64,000 nt of DNA from Guillardia theta CCMP2712 (lineage: Eukaryota; Protista; Cryptophyta). The notes beneath the pieces are model-generated. The model was not told the DNA's origin. It worked only from the letters and a program-made list of their open reading frames with translations, and made no database searches. Both the position numbers and the translations under genes were made by a program. Below are positions 22,901-34,581 of this stretch, in pieces. Each line of letters opens with the position of its first letter. Within the stretch, counting starts at the first letter, position 1. The stretch lies in assembly GCF_000315625.1 (NCBI RefSeq), contig NW_005434624.1:121677-185676 (forward strand), written 5' to 3'.

Positions 22901-25147
22901 TGCAGGTGGGAGAGAGACCTGGCGGAGGATCAAAAAAGACTCAGTGGCAGAGTTGGAGGGAGGGAGGGAGGGAGGGAGGGGAGGGAGGGAGGGAAGCAGA
23001 GGGGGAGGGGTGGGAAGGGGGGGATGGAGGAGAGGGGAGGATAGGCACGGGAGGCAGGACAGAGAAGGAGGAGAGGGGGGGTTTGCACACAACTGCACCT
23101 GGGGCAACAATCCTTGGCTTGCGGCCGAAGATGTGAATGGTAACACAATGCGGAAGGCCGTAACAACAAGTAGGGCACTTCCTTGCTTGGAAGCACATGG
23201 CGAGCTTGCGGCCAGTGTCCGACTCGACGGGGTGCGCGGCCAACGGGCGACTCCCAAACACTGAGACAGTGAGGAGAGCTGTGTTGTTGGCGGTGGGCTG
23301 CTTGACGAAGAGGTGGCAGTTGGAAGTGCCGGGCGACACCTGCATGGCGTCCTTGCATCCCTGGAGGGCTGCTTGCTGTGTGTCAATCTCCACCGCGTCC
23401 CCCCCAGTCATCGTCTGCAAGCTCCTGTCGCAGAGGAGCGAGTCGGAGACACCCGGCTGGAGGTCCCAGTAGCAGACCTTGGAGGAAGAAAGGTCGTAGG
23501 CGACGGCTGAAACGTTGAAAGAGCAAGAGGACCCAACGAAGCACTCTATGAGCCGTGGTGGAGGCGAATGCCTCGGTCCGAGGGCGACGAAGATAGGGGC
23601 AAGGTTTCTCACCTGCTCCTCCTGTGTCACATGGGGACGGGGACTGTGGTTTAAGGGCCATCGAGCGATGGGGCAGAGAGGACAAGGTGGGAGCGGAACA
23701 AGCATCGACCTGATCAGTTGGATCGACGGTCACGTTGACCACGCCGAAGGTGTAGAGGGAGATGGTAGGGCAGACGATCATGGCGAGTTCCAAGTAGACA
23801 TAGACCTGAAGCCTATCTGTGACCTTGAGCCGGAGAGGGTAAACGGGGCTGCCGTTGGTCTGCCCTTTCATCGGTCCCTGGAGCGCAAGCTGCATCCCCC
23901 CTCCTGCCGCGACGTCGTTGGGGCTGAGCTTCCACTGACCTGCCAACAGAGCGCAACGTGACCCGGAAAGAAGCAAGAAGGTAGAGGAGGTTTAAAGTGT
24001 AAGGAGAAAGAAAGAGGAGTGACTCCAAGAACGAAGAGGCAGTGAGTGAGTGAGTGAGTGAGTGAGTGAGTGAGTGAGTGAGTGAGGGAGTGAGGAGGAG
24101 GAGGTAGTGTCAAGTCGAGTATGGAGAAGAAAAACCGAAATGAACAGGGACAAGTGAAGGGAGGGGAGAAGTTGAGGGGATCGACGTAAACAAGGGCACA
24201 CCTCGAACGCCAGCAGTGTAATCAGAATGGCAGGAAAGTGTATACCCATCGGTCGACACCTTTGCTATATCCCAAGTCATGTCAACGTTGTTACAAGACT
24301 CAACGCAGTTGGTAGCCTTGCTTGCACCGTCCTCATCAAAACCTGACGTCGATCAGAAAGATTCCTAGGGTCCAGGGAGCTCACCTGGAAGCGCAAGACT
24401 GACAGTCCGACTTGCATCTGACACCAGGGGGATGGTGAAGATCGGTAGCATCGGTGCTACGGGAGAGTGATGGTTGTTCAACGGGCTCATCTGATACTCG
24501 TTGTAGCCTGTGCTCGTACCAGCACACTCAGCAAACGTCACCCTGGTAGTCAGGCGGAAAGGAGAGCTGGAGTAGTTCGCCATGGCAGTGCTGCAGAGAC
24601 TATCGCCTGCTTCTGGAGCAGGAGCAAGGCAGATCTGACTTGACGTAGTCGTGCACTGGGAGAACCGATTGACACCCTCGAAGGATGCTATGACTTCAGG
24701 CAGGGAGCTCGAGCAGCTGTAGAGGCGGACGAGATCGTAACGGAGTTGGAAGGCCTTGTGTGCGACGGACCCGACCATGAAGTCTCGGATGCCCACCACT
24801 CTGAACTTCAAGGAGGTAGCTGTCGCACCGGCATCCCCGAGGCTGAATTTGAAGCTTGAGCTGACATCCACCTCCCCGCCCACCCCCCCGGGCGCACCGG
24901 CGCCGAAGAAGGAGCTGTGTACGAGGAGAGAGACATGGAAGAGGATCTTCGCCGGTGCCCTTGTGCACGTAGACACTTGATCTGAAGGGAGGAGCACGTC
25001 CAGATACTGCACGCAATCTTGAGGAGATACCAGCATCTGAGGAACCACCCCGATCCTCTCCCAGGTGAGCGAGCCTGAGATGACGTAGCTTCCCGCCATG
25101 GGGATCCATAAGGCAAGGAGGATAGCGAAGATGATGCTGCAAGTCAT
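19990..25147 (-). CDS. Large secreted Cys-rich protein with C-terminal LysM domain(s); many exons, spans an assembly gap
   Basis: N-terminus MTCSIIFAILLALWIPMAGS (signal peptide). Last exons splice to IYQLKEGESIFSVAARFQTTTKSILNLNPDFQNVDMLKEGQDVCLIPCSM* (LysM consensus), preceded by a second LysM-like unit CKYCTSEHETMLLQMKRFSAETNWLRLFAAN..LEDPDVL. That all middle exons belong to one gene is inferred. Confidence 0.7.
20684..20800. repeat. (GGA)n/(GGT)n trinucleotide tract (intronic)
   Basis: Direct reading; lies between a minus-strand GT donor (~20807) and AG acceptor (~20640). Confidence 0.9.
21953..22126. repeat. (GAGT)n plus (GGGA)n microsatellite (intronic)
   Basis: Direct reading of the sequence. 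Confidence 0.95.
22127..22226. other. Assembly gap (100 N)
   Basis: Run of n flanked by simple repeats. Confidence 1.
24041..24092. repeat. (GAGT)n microsatellite (intronic)
   Basis: Direct reading of the sequence. Confidence 0.9.
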
Positions 25148-25189
25148 TCCAGAACTCTTGCCCCGGCTTTCCCCTTCCTCTGCTCCTTG

Positions 25190-25300
25190 CCCCTGCCTCC
25201 TGCCTCCTGCCTCCTGCCTCCTGCCACCTGTCTCCTGCCTCCTGCCTCCTGCCACCTGCGTCCTGCTTCCTGCTTCCTGCGTCCTGCCTCCTGCTTGCTG
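25190..25300. repeat. (CCTGCCT)n-like heptamer tandem repeat upstream of the LysM gene start
   Basis: Direct reading of the sequence. Confidence 0.8.
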
Positions 25301-25592
25301 CTCTCCCCGCTTTTGATCCGAAGCAGGTGATGGATGTGATGGTTGGATTTGACCTGATATCGGGCCCCCCTCGGAGTTCCCTCTATTTTCCAACTCCCAC
25401 CCTACCTTAGAGTACCCCTCATACCTGGAATTATCAGGTCAAAGGACGGGTCCGATAGAGACTCGAGGACCCCTACCCGCCATTTGATGATTTGATATGC
25501 GCATCCCTGCTTCAGTGCAGAAATTTCTCAGGCCATCTACCCAAGCTGGCTGAAGAACTGGTTTCAGAAGGGGAGCTCGAAGAAGAACCTTG

Positions 25593-25670
25593 TTGAAGCT
25601 GATGCTTTCTTCTTGAAGCTGATGCTTTCTTCTTGAAGCTAAAGCTTTCTTCTTGAAGCTGATGCTCTCC
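25593..25670. repeat. 20-bp tandem repeat TTGAAGCTGATGCTTTCTTC, about 4 copies
   Basis: Direct reading of the sequence. Confidence 0.85.
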
Positions 25671-26779
25671 CTCGCCAAGAATGACTTTACAAGAACTGGG
25701 TTCCAAAGGAATGTGAAGGCGTTCACGCTGATGACAGTGAGCTTATCTCTTACACCATAACTTACGTATGTAGCAATGGGCACATCTTCTTTCAGCTTTG
25801 CAATCTGGCGATCCAGCATCTTGAGGTGAAGAAGATTAAGCTCACCAGCCTGTTCATGGAGAGGGCTCTCGCAGAGACCCACAACAGAGTCACGACGCAG
25901 CTTCAGAATCCAGCTCGCAAGACGAGGACTTCAACTGGCAGCAGTGCGAAGAAGTCTTATGAGGAGGCAGCAGGTTCTGAGAGTGATTAGCTGATGGTAC
26001 CGTAGTACGATGGCTTACTTGCTTGTTTGCTTGCAAACAAATAAAGATAGCACTTGTGATGGTTCATGATAGGTAATATTTACTTTAAAGAGATTTAAGA
26101 ATCTCTTTAAGAGAGATTAAAGTATGAAATGAAGTTCTGGGGGATATTTCAAAAGTATTCTACAGGTCCCCTCAGTGTCTAAGCAATCCCTTGATTTCAC
26201 AACTTCTTCAGAAAACCTCCAGGACCTTTCCCACTCCGGAAACCCCCAGAACCTGTAGTCAGTTCAAGGCTAACAAGTTCCATAGAAAAGATGAGTGAAG
26301 AGTCCCCTTGCTGTGTGTGCTGGCACACACCGCCGCGCTATCGCGCTGGCTACCTCCGACCCTCATAAGAGAGCAAAAAGCCTTTTGAGAATGGTAAGAG
26401 ATTTTGAAGAAATATTTTTATTCTTTCGAGATCACAAATGTACCTTTTAAGTGAAAGCAAGGACGAGTAATGCTGATGGCTTACACACAAGAGCTGATCA
26501 ACAGACCCCTCATTGTTCACCGTAGGTCACGAACGAAATCTCTTTCAGTTTCACCGTACCTGATACGACCCCCCCTCGTTTTATGGTCACGAAGGTCAGA
26601 CACTCCTGACCTCGAGCCATCGCAGCCGGCCCTGTAAAGGCACGGCAGGCACGGCAGACTTGAATCGTATGGGATGTAGGAGGAGAGTTCACGTACAGGG
26701 AGACTCATCGTTGAAGTAGTTTTATTTCAGGCACAAGTTCACTCTAAAATCTCATTTCAGGTTAAGATCATGATCACAA

Positions 26780-27355
26780 TCACGCAAAAATCTCTGGAGA
26801 CCAATTGGGCATTTTGATGTCGTCGTCGACCCTTGGCAAGTACAGATCTATCCATTCTGCTGGATTCACCATGACAACCTCACCATTTTCTGTAAGATGG
26901 AGAATGGAGTTGTTGTCGTTTTCAAGGTATTCTGGCTCAATTGTTCTGTTCTCTTGGTCTACCAGCATGCTGCACGCATTCAGATCACTGCCCGTTTCTT
27001 CCGATGAAATCTTCTGATCATAAATATATGAAGTATCTGAACTCGCAACGTCCTGTCGATGCTGTGCCGGTAAGAATTCTTGCAGCCATGCTTCGTAGGA
27101 CTCAAAAGCATTTCGATTCATTTGCTGTGCTTCCTGCACCGGCTGAGATCTATTTCCTCCTCGCTTGTACGGCCAGCGGGAGATGCCCAGGCGTCGGCAG
27201 GCAGACTTCAAGCTGGTGAGGGAGATGCCGAGGACGTGAGCAGCTTGATCCTGAGGGGTGTGGAAGAGAGGGGAGAGAGCCTGGAGGGAGAGGGAGACAT
27301 GGGAGGGAGCAGAGGAGCCGGGGCGAGGCCGGGGAGCGATGGAGACTGAAGCCAT
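26780..27355 (-). CDS. RWP-RK transcription factor, type A copy 1 (191 aa, intronless)
   Basis: LSLQALSPLFHTPQDQAAHVLGISLTSLKSACRRLGISRWPYKR matches the RWP-RK domain consensus. Confidence 0.92.
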   Translation of the reverse strand: MASVSIAPRPRPGSSAPSHVSLSLQALSPLFHTPQDQAAHVLGISLTSLKSACRRLGISRWPYKRGGNRSQPVQEAQQMNRNAFESYEAWLQEFLPAQHRQDVASSDTSYIYDQKISSEETGSDLNACSMLVDQENRTIEPEYLENDNNSILHLTENGEVVMVNPAEWIDLYLPRVDDDIKMPNWSPEIFA

Positions 27356-27604
27356 GGTGGAAGTGCACTGAAGAGAGGTGGGTTGGGAATGATCAGACAA
27401 GGAAAGGCAGCGGATGAGAGGGGGGCGCAGACTAGTAGATATGAAGGTCGGGATATAATTTATTAATGATAATAGACTCGGAGCAACTTGTTGTCGTGCC
27501 AGTGTGAACCCTTGTTGTCGTGCCAGTGCGACCGTCACGTTATCCAATTTCAAGTCACGTTACCTTGTAGTAAACTCAGGGACGGAATTGCTGCGCCTGC
27601 CAAA

Positions 27605-28192
27605 ATGCGTGGATCTTCCGTGGTGGTCGCTCCTCGCTTCCGTCCTCACTCCTCCTTCTCCCCCATCGAAGTCCGCCTCGACATCCCCACCCTCTCCTCT
27701 CTCTTCCATATCTCCCAAAAAGACGCCGCCGCCCATCTCGGAATGTCTCTGAGCAGCCTCAAGTCGGCCTGCCGCAGGCTTGGGCTGACGCGTTGGCCTT
27801 TCAAGCGGGGGAAGAGATCCCTGACGACGATGCACGGATCGTTCAGACCGGAGGAGGGCTCGGCGAGCGCTACGGCAGCGTCAAGTGGCAAGACAGGAGC
27901 GCAGGAAGGCTACGGGTCATGCCAGGATGGGGCTGGGCTGGGCTGGGCGGACGCGGTTACAGAAGGCAAGGTGGGGCAGGAAGAAGGAGACAAGGAGGGA
28001 ATAGCCGGGGAGGATGATGTAGGGTCATGGCAATCAGAGGACGGGCAGGCAGGGGATGTTGAAGAGGAGACGGGGATGGGTCTGGAGAAGGGAGGGAGGG
28101 GGCAGGTTGGAGAGGATGGCTGGGTAGGATGGTACACGGGATGGGAGGAAGAAGGAGCATACCAAGGGGAGGGGGGGATGCTTTTTCAATGA
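27605..28192 (+). CDS. RWP-RK transcription factor, type B copy 1
   Basis: LSSLFHISQKDAAAHLGMSLSSLKSACRRLGLTRWPFKR; Gly/Glu-rich tail. Confidence 0.92.
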   Translation: MRGSSVVVAPRFRPHSSFSPIEVRLDIPTLSSLFHISQKDAAAHLGMSLSSLKSACRRLGLTRWPFKRGKRSLTTMHGSFRPEEGSASATAASSGKTGAQEGYGSCQDGAGLGWADAVTEGKVGQEEGDKEGIAGEDDVGSWQSEDGQAGDVEEETGMGLEKGGRGQVGEDGWVGWYTGWEEEGAYQGEGGMLFQ

Positions 28193-28291
28193 AAATTTAT
28201 CAAAATTTACTTCTTCCTCACTCACTTTCGACAGTGTGTATTAATGATTGATATTTATTTTATTTGAAGAGCAGATATATTAAGTTTTGAT

Positions 28292-28849
28292 TTAATAGAA
28301 AGGTCTGATATGCATGTCATCGTCTTCGCATGTGACAAACCACTTTATCCATTCACCCATTCTATCGTTGGCTTGATTTGAGGTATCTTCATCACCGTCC
28401 TCGACTACTAAGAACTCGTTTGCTAGTGCCTCATTCACTTGCTCCTCGCAAAAGAGATGTGCCCTTGGAGAGAACTCATCTATCCAGGAGTTTGTTGCTT
28501 CTGATTCACCTTGCAGAGCACTTGTGGAATGTTTGTTCTGGTACAAAGTGGCAGATTCTTCAAACCAAGCAGTCACGATTTCCGTTCTTGTTTCGCTTGT
28601 GATACTATCATTTGATTCTTTCTTTGTTCCACGCCTGTATGGCCAGCGAGGTATTCCAAGGCGTCTGCAAGCAGACTTCAAGCTGGTCAGGGAGATTCCG
28701 AGGAGCTGTGCAGCTTGATCTTGCGGTGTATTGAAGAGTGGCGCAAGAGCATCGACACTGAGGCGAACCTCGAGGGGCGACTGACGCTCTCCAGCCCGAG
28801 GGCGAGGTGCGATGGTGACGGAGTCTTGGTTGAGAAATTGCGAGGCCAT
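28292..28849 (-). CDS. RWP-RK transcription factor, type C copy 1
   Basis: LAPLFNTPQDQAAQLLGISLTSLKSACRRLGIPRWPYRR. Confidence 0.92.
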   Translation of the reverse strand: MASQFLNQDSVTIAPRPRAGERQSPLEVRLSVDALAPLFNTPQDQAAQLLGISLTSLKSACRRLGIPRWPYRRGTKKESNDSITSETRTEIVTAWFEESATLYQNKHSTSALQGESEATNSWIDEFSPRAHLFCEEQVNEALANEFLVVEDGDEDTSNQANDRMGEWIKWFVTCEDDDMHIRPFY

Positions 28850-29521
28850 GTCTGGAAGGTGGCAGGAGCTTCTTGTGCGTTGCAGGATAATCAGAGGGTG
28901 GAGCGAGGAACGTGGAGTGCTGGTGGCGGGGAGGGACTCCTTTTTATTGGGGGCTTCCCTTACCGGGATCGCATCACTTGGGACGAAGCACGTCGCACAC
29001 GTCATCTCCCAGCGAAAAATTAGTTTCATAGAACCACTTTGACTAGACAACACATCGATCCGCCAAACGAGGGATTTCTCTGTTTTCTCGAATATGCCTG
29101 TTTGCCGAAAATGAAGCGATGCGATTAAACAGGTTATTATCTTCCAAAAGCCTCAATGTTGTAGCCCTTCATCGATCGAATTGCGATGCTGATCCGACCG
29201 ACTGTTTTAGATCGCACTCCTCATGTCCCGAAGAAATCTCCCAAAACACGTATTTTCAATGTTGCGACACGCCTCCAGCGATCTGAGGCGAGCTCAACGT
29301 GTCGTTGCGCCGTGCCGCATCCCGACAGTCCGCCTCAGGACATGTTGGTGTTTTTTTTGTTTCAATTTTTAGTTAAAGTATCATCAAGCTTGCCTCAATC
29401 TATTGCTATTGAAAACTGAAGGACAGCTAGTTGAGACTCCTGCCAACCTGACTCAAGAGACCTTACGTGATAATCTGCCATGCTCGCCTGGCTCTCCGTG
29501 GCGGGGCCGGGGAAGGGGAGG

Positions 29522-31319
29522 ATGAAGCTTGCCGCCTTCATGCTACTTTCCGTCTTGTGTAGGTCATCAGCATGGCAAGGAACGATGACAACGAAGCTGA
29601 GGATGAGCAGCGAGACAAGGAGGGATGTGATGAGGAAGATGATGACGGTAAGGGCTGACGAGCCAAAGATTGAGTAGCCTACTGACTGGTTCAACCCTCA
29701 GTTCGGAGCTCTTGCACCGATGAAGGTAGGGCATTGTCAAGAAGAGAAGGACGAATCCTTTCTGAACTTTCGCTCTCCTCGTTGTTAACGACCGTCTCCT
29801 CCCCCCTAGGTGTACGCACAAGGAGCGGTCAATCTGAACCCTCTGGCTGATGAGTGGGAAGGATTCAAGGTAGATCTGCATCATCCTGATTTGCCCCAAT
29901 GCGAATAATTCATGTCCCAAGGAAACCAGGACATTCAATAGAGGCGGGAAGGACATTGTTCTTGAACAGGTTTTGCAGAGTGACTTGGGTGTGGCACGAA
30001 AATCTGACCTGGTTGCACGGAAGGAATTCACGTCCAAGAGGAAGAACGGGCTTGCAGTATACGAAGGAAATGTTGTGTTGACAGACTATATGCAGGCATG
30101 TGGCAGAAATCGCGATGCTCAGTTTCTATCTCACACATTGTGCCCCACAGTCGCTTCCCAAGGAGTTGTGGAAGGATAAGAATGTATTGGAGCTTGGATG
30201 CGGTTGCCTGCTGCCCCGTTTGCCGTGCTCCACTTCTTACAAGGAGAAAACACTACCAGGGACAGGCCTCGGATCCATCACAGCATCCCTTCTTGGGGCC
30301 AAGGTGACATACATAACCTTGGAGGAGCCACTGCTGTTCTGACCAAGGCAAAGCTCGTCACTGCAAGCGACCGTGACCCCGTGGTGGACGCAGCAGCCAG
30401 GAAGTTGTTGTGGACTGACTTGCTGTGGACCAGGTGTTGTCTTTGGCGGAGAGAAACATGTTAAGAAACTTGAAAGATGTCTGCCCTTCTGCCTCCGTGT
30501 GAACTCATCTCACCAGCTCTGTGTAGGAAACCTCATTCAGGACCGCAAGGATCTCGTACAAAATCGCGCCATCTCCTCAAAGCTTGTAACGCTGCTGTCA
30601 GATGGGGAACGCCATTCTGCACGACAGAAGCTCAATACATGAGGGATATGGGACAGGTGAATCCTCCTTGATCAGTGTTTCCCAGCACTGATCCTACTCT
30701 TCTAATCCTCTAGTGTTGGGACTCGAAGTTTGCATTTCAAAAAGTAGATGACTATGCTCCTTGCAGTTTAAATCCTTTGGTTACCTTTCATCAGGGCTAT
30801 GACGTCATCATCGGAGCAGACCTTACCTACTCAGCAGGATTGATTCCATTGTTGGCTGGTTTCTACCTTCTGACATCCGACGACCTTGCGCTTAAATACC
30901 GTGCTTGCAGATACTCTGAATGACTTCAGTGGACCTCAGACCGAGATCTTATTGTGTTGGTCAGTAATTGCTCTCAAATATTCTGAATTCTAATTCGATG
31001 GAAGGTGCGAACCAAAGCTCTTCACGTGGAACACAGATGTACTTCTTGCTTTCGCTCCTCTGAATCTATGTTTGATTCCCGCTTTGTCAACGTCCACTCG
31101 AAATCGATGGCTTTTTCTTCACTCACTGTTGCTTTGAAGGTGATGGAGGAATTGAACAAAGAGATCGAATACTTCAGATCAAGATTCAAGGTGGAGACAA
31201 TAAGGAGGTTAGATTTTCTCCTTTAACAGGCGACGATCTGCCCTGAATGACTGCTTAGCGGCCCGGCGTTTCAAGGGCACGACAACACGTTCTTGTTGCG
31301 AATGAAAAAGAAAACTTGA
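29522..31319 (+). CDS. SAM-dependent lysine methyltransferase (Methyltransf_16/METTL21-like), probably organelle-targeted; many short exons
   Basis: Exons GLAVYEGNVVLTDYM, WKDKNVLELGCG|TGLGSITASLLGAKVTASD, WG, YDVIIGADLTY; hydrophobic N-terminus MKLAAFMLLSVLCRSSAW. Confidence 0.8.
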
Positions 31320-31449
31320 GGATCGCAGAGGCAAGGTCCTGAAGAGCATGGTTGTTCAGGATGTTGGAGACGCGAGATCTTACGTAAGGCGCATCGAAAA
31401 ATCGGAAATAAAACGATTTCACTAATTACTCTATCGGAATTTTTGCAAG

Positions 31450-31980
31450 CTAGCTCAAAGCAACTGACTCTTTCTTCCAAGGCCGAATGGTAAAGCTAAC
31501 GTCCTCAGCGTCGGTGCAATGAAGATACCAGGAAAGCCAAGGCTCTTCAATCTCTGTGCTTTTGTTGTCCGAAGCAATGTCCCAATCAAGCCGTCTGATG
31601 GAAATACCATGCACCTCGGGTAGGTGGTTGAGCACTCTGACGGTCGATATTGCGAACGCACCGGATTCACTCGAGGATGCATGCTCATTGGTGCTAGTAA
31701 AGGCTTTGATCCAGTCTTCTTCAGTGCTCAAATTACTGCTAAGGTAGTGTCTTTGGTTTTTCATTGATGGAGAGTTGTTTGTCCCTCGCTTGTATGGCCA
31801 GCGGGAGATGCCCAGGCGTCGGCAGGCAGACTTCAAGCTGGTGAGGGAGATGCCGAGGACGTGAGCAGCTTGATCCTGAGGGGTGTGGAAGAGAGGGGAG
31901 AGAGCCTGGAGGGAGAGGGAGACATGGGAGGGAGCAGAGGAGCCGGGGCGAAGCCGGGGAGCAACGGAGACTGAAGCCAT
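31450..31980 (-). CDS. RWP-RK transcription factor, type A copy 2 (176 aa)
   Basis: Same head as copy 1 (about 4 nt differences), different tail. Confidence 0.92.
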   Translation of the reverse strand: MASVSVAPRLRPGSSAPSHVSLSLQALSPLFHTPQDQAAHVLGISLTSLKSACRRLGISRWPYKRGTNNSPSMKNQRHYLSSNLSTEEDWIKAFTSTNEHASSSESGAFAISTVRVLNHLPEVHGISIRRLDWDIASDNKSTEIEEPWLSWYLHCTDAEDVSFTIRPWKKESVALS

Positions 31981-32478
31981 GGCGATGGTTGTGTGGTGGG
32001 GTTGAGCTGTTCAATAGTGGCGGTGCCCCCTCCTTGCTAGCAGGGGAGGGAGCCGAGGTTGTTTTTATTGCCTTATCGGACGTCACGTTACTTTTACATC
32101 GGTGATGTTTGATCACGTTTGATGTCATGGCCATATTTTACCACCAACATGCAAAACCCTATCAGCTAAACATCACGTTTCCTCAGATATAGTCCGACTG
32201 TTTCAGAAACGAAAACAAGATTTTTGGGCGGGCATCCGTTTTTTTTCTAGCAGCATGCATCTGTCACGGTTTAGCCGATATCCTCGCAACTGTCAGAATC
32301 GAAACGACGAGATTTATCAGTCAGTGGACAATCGCTCGTATCGTTGGCAGGATCCAAACGACTCACTTCACATATAATCTGCGCTCCTCTCCCCTCGTTT
32401 GTTCATTCCCTCCCATCTCTTCCTTTCTCCTTCCAAGCTCATTGAGGACATCTGATATCAAGATCTAGAGCAAATAAC

Positions 32479-33063
32479 ATGGAACCTTCCGTGGTGGTCG
32501 CTCCTCGCTTCCGTCCTCACTCCTCCTTCTCCCCCATCGAAGTCCGCCTCGACATCCCCACCCTCTCCTCTCTCTTCCATATCTCCCAAAAAGACGCCGC
32601 CGCCCATCTCGGAATGTCTCTGAGCAGCCTCAAGTCGGCCTGCCGCAGGCTTGGGCTGACGCGTTGGCCTTTCAAGCGGGGGAAGAGATCCCTGACGACG
32701 ATGCACGGATCGTTCAGACCGGAGGAGGGCTCGGCGAGCGCTACGGCAGCGTCAAGTGGCAAGACAGGAGCGCAGGAAGGCTACAGGTCATGCCAGGATG
32801 GGGAGGGGCTGGGCTGGGCGGGCGCGGTTACAGAAGGCAAGGCGGGGCAGGAAGAAGGGGACAAGGAGGGAATAGCCGGGGAGGATGCTGTAGGGTCATG
32901 GCAATCAGAGGATGGGCAGGCAGGGGATGTTGAGGAGGAGACGGGGATGGGCCTGGAGAAGGGAGGGAGGGGGCAGCTTGGAGAGGATTGCTGGGTAGGA
33001 TGGTACACGGGATGGGAGGAAGAAGGAGCATACCAAGGGGAGGGGGAGATGCTTTTTGAATAG
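32479..33063 (+). CDS. RWP-RK transcription factor, type B copy 2 (194 aa)
   Basis: Near-identical paralogue of 27605-28192. Confidence 0.92.
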   Translation: MEPSVVVAPRFRPHSSFSPIEVRLDIPTLSSLFHISQKDAAAHLGMSLSSLKSACRRLGLTRWPFKRGKRSLTTMHGSFRPEEGSASATAASSGKTGAQEGYRSCQDGEGLGWAGAVTEGKAGQEEGDKEGIAGEDAVGSWQSEDGQAGDVEEETGMGLEKGGRGQLGEDCWVGWYTGWEEEGAYQGEGEMLFE

Positions 33064-33368
33064 ATTCAAAACATTGTTTTGAATAAAAACTTGTGGCTTG
33101 ATACACTCCGGATAATTAACCACAATATTTATCAGTTTTCTTCTCTGATAACAGATCATGCTGGTCTTTGTCATTTTGTTTTGACCGAATCTGAGGTGAA
33201 AAACATCTTGTTTGATTGCGAAGATCTTCAAGGACGAAAACTTTGGTATAACATCTGATTTCATAATGTGGTAACTAAACAAATCAAAGTCAAGAGACTC
33301 TTGTGCATGCCAAATTTCGATCAATCTTGAACTTGTTTAAGTATTTACAATGTGTTTCTGCGAACAAA

Positions 33369-33992
33369 TCAAGGATACTGTGTTGCAACGATCCCAGATG
33401 AGCTGGACTGTTCTATTTCTTCGCAGTCAGCATCAGTTCCTGACATGTACCATTCTATCCATACTTGATCCATGACTTCGGTTCGGCTCCCCTCGATTTC
33501 ATCCAGCAGGCTGTCCCCCGATCCTTCAGATTCTTTTCGTTGGTTTGAACCCTCAAACTGTTGCCCAGACGTCTCCTGCCCATCGCTGTTGTCATTGTCT
33601 TCTGAAAACATCTCCAGGTCTGCTGTCGTGTCGCTGGTTACACTTCTTGTGGCAGGAGGATGCGTCTTGTTCTCCTCCCGGGTGGTGGTCGCCTTTGGCC
33701 CCCGCGTGTATGGCCATCGAGCAATGCCGAGTTGTCTGCAGACAGCCTTGAGGCTTGTGACTGAGATCCGAAGCTGTTTAGCGGCATCTTCTTGTTTCAT
33801 GGTGAAGAGAGGTCGAATAGTGTCGAGATTGAGTGTCACTTCTATAGGGGCTGGAATGGGGGCCCCTACTCTAGTCCTAGGAATGACGGTCACTGATTCT
33901 GGAGTAGCGGTGTGCTGTGCAGAATCATTGCGATACTGTGCCGATGCTTGATTTGCATCAAAGGGTGAGATTTGGTGAGCATACTCAGCCAT
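33369..33992 (-). CDS. RWP-RK transcription factor, divergent type C copy 2
   Basis: IRPLFTMKQEDAAKQLRISVTSLKAVCRQLGIARWPYTR. Confidence 0.9.
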   Translation of the reverse strand: MAEYAHQISPFDANQASAQYRNDSAQHTATPESVTVIPRTRVGAPIPAPIEVTLNLDTIRPLFTMKQEDAAKQLRISVTSLKAVCRQLGIARWPYTRGPKATTTREENKTHPPATRSVTSDTTADLEMFSEDNDNSDGQETSGQQFEGSNQRKESEGSGDSLLDEIEGSRTEVMDQVWIEWYMSGTDADCEEIEQSSSSGIVATQYP

Positions 33993-34581
33993 CGCTCTCT
34001 TTTGTTTTCTTGTACAGAAAGATACGCTGAACTTACAAGACTTTTTTTTGAGAAACAAGATTGAATTCCAACTACCTGAAGCCTTCAGGGCTGGTGTGTG
34101 AAGTTTCTAAGGTCTGTTGGGAGGGGAAACAAGTGAGATCAAGGATGATCTGCGAGGAAACCAGAATCCAAGAGAATCAGAGACAGAGGCGAGGAGAGGG
34201 AGGCGAACGAGCAAGCACGGGGTGAGGGGCTGGTTCATATCGTATCTATCACTGCGACTGGTTGCTTGTACCGAAATCAATCGATTTCAGCATTCAACCA
34301 GTCGAGCGACTGTCAGCATACTAGTTTGCTTGTCCCCGGGAGACGGTGCGAATTGAGGGTCATCCGTGCAAATACAGTCCCAAAATGTTTTATAAAAGTT
34401 GAATAAATCACATAAAGGTGTAAATTGAATATCGAACCATGAAATCTTTATTTCCAGTACTGTACGCCCCCAGCGGATCACCCGCAGGCCTCCGGGAGAC
34501 CGGGGCCGGGACCGGGGCCGCGGGCACTCTCAGTGTCCGGAGTCGCAGGACTCTGAGCCCGGTGGGTTAGCGCCTGTTGCA

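Noticed and set aside
25439-26708. Short minus-strand ORFs between the LysM gene and the RWP-RK cluster
   Set aside because: No recognisable domain; one is built around a 20-bp tandem repeat; no coherent gene model.
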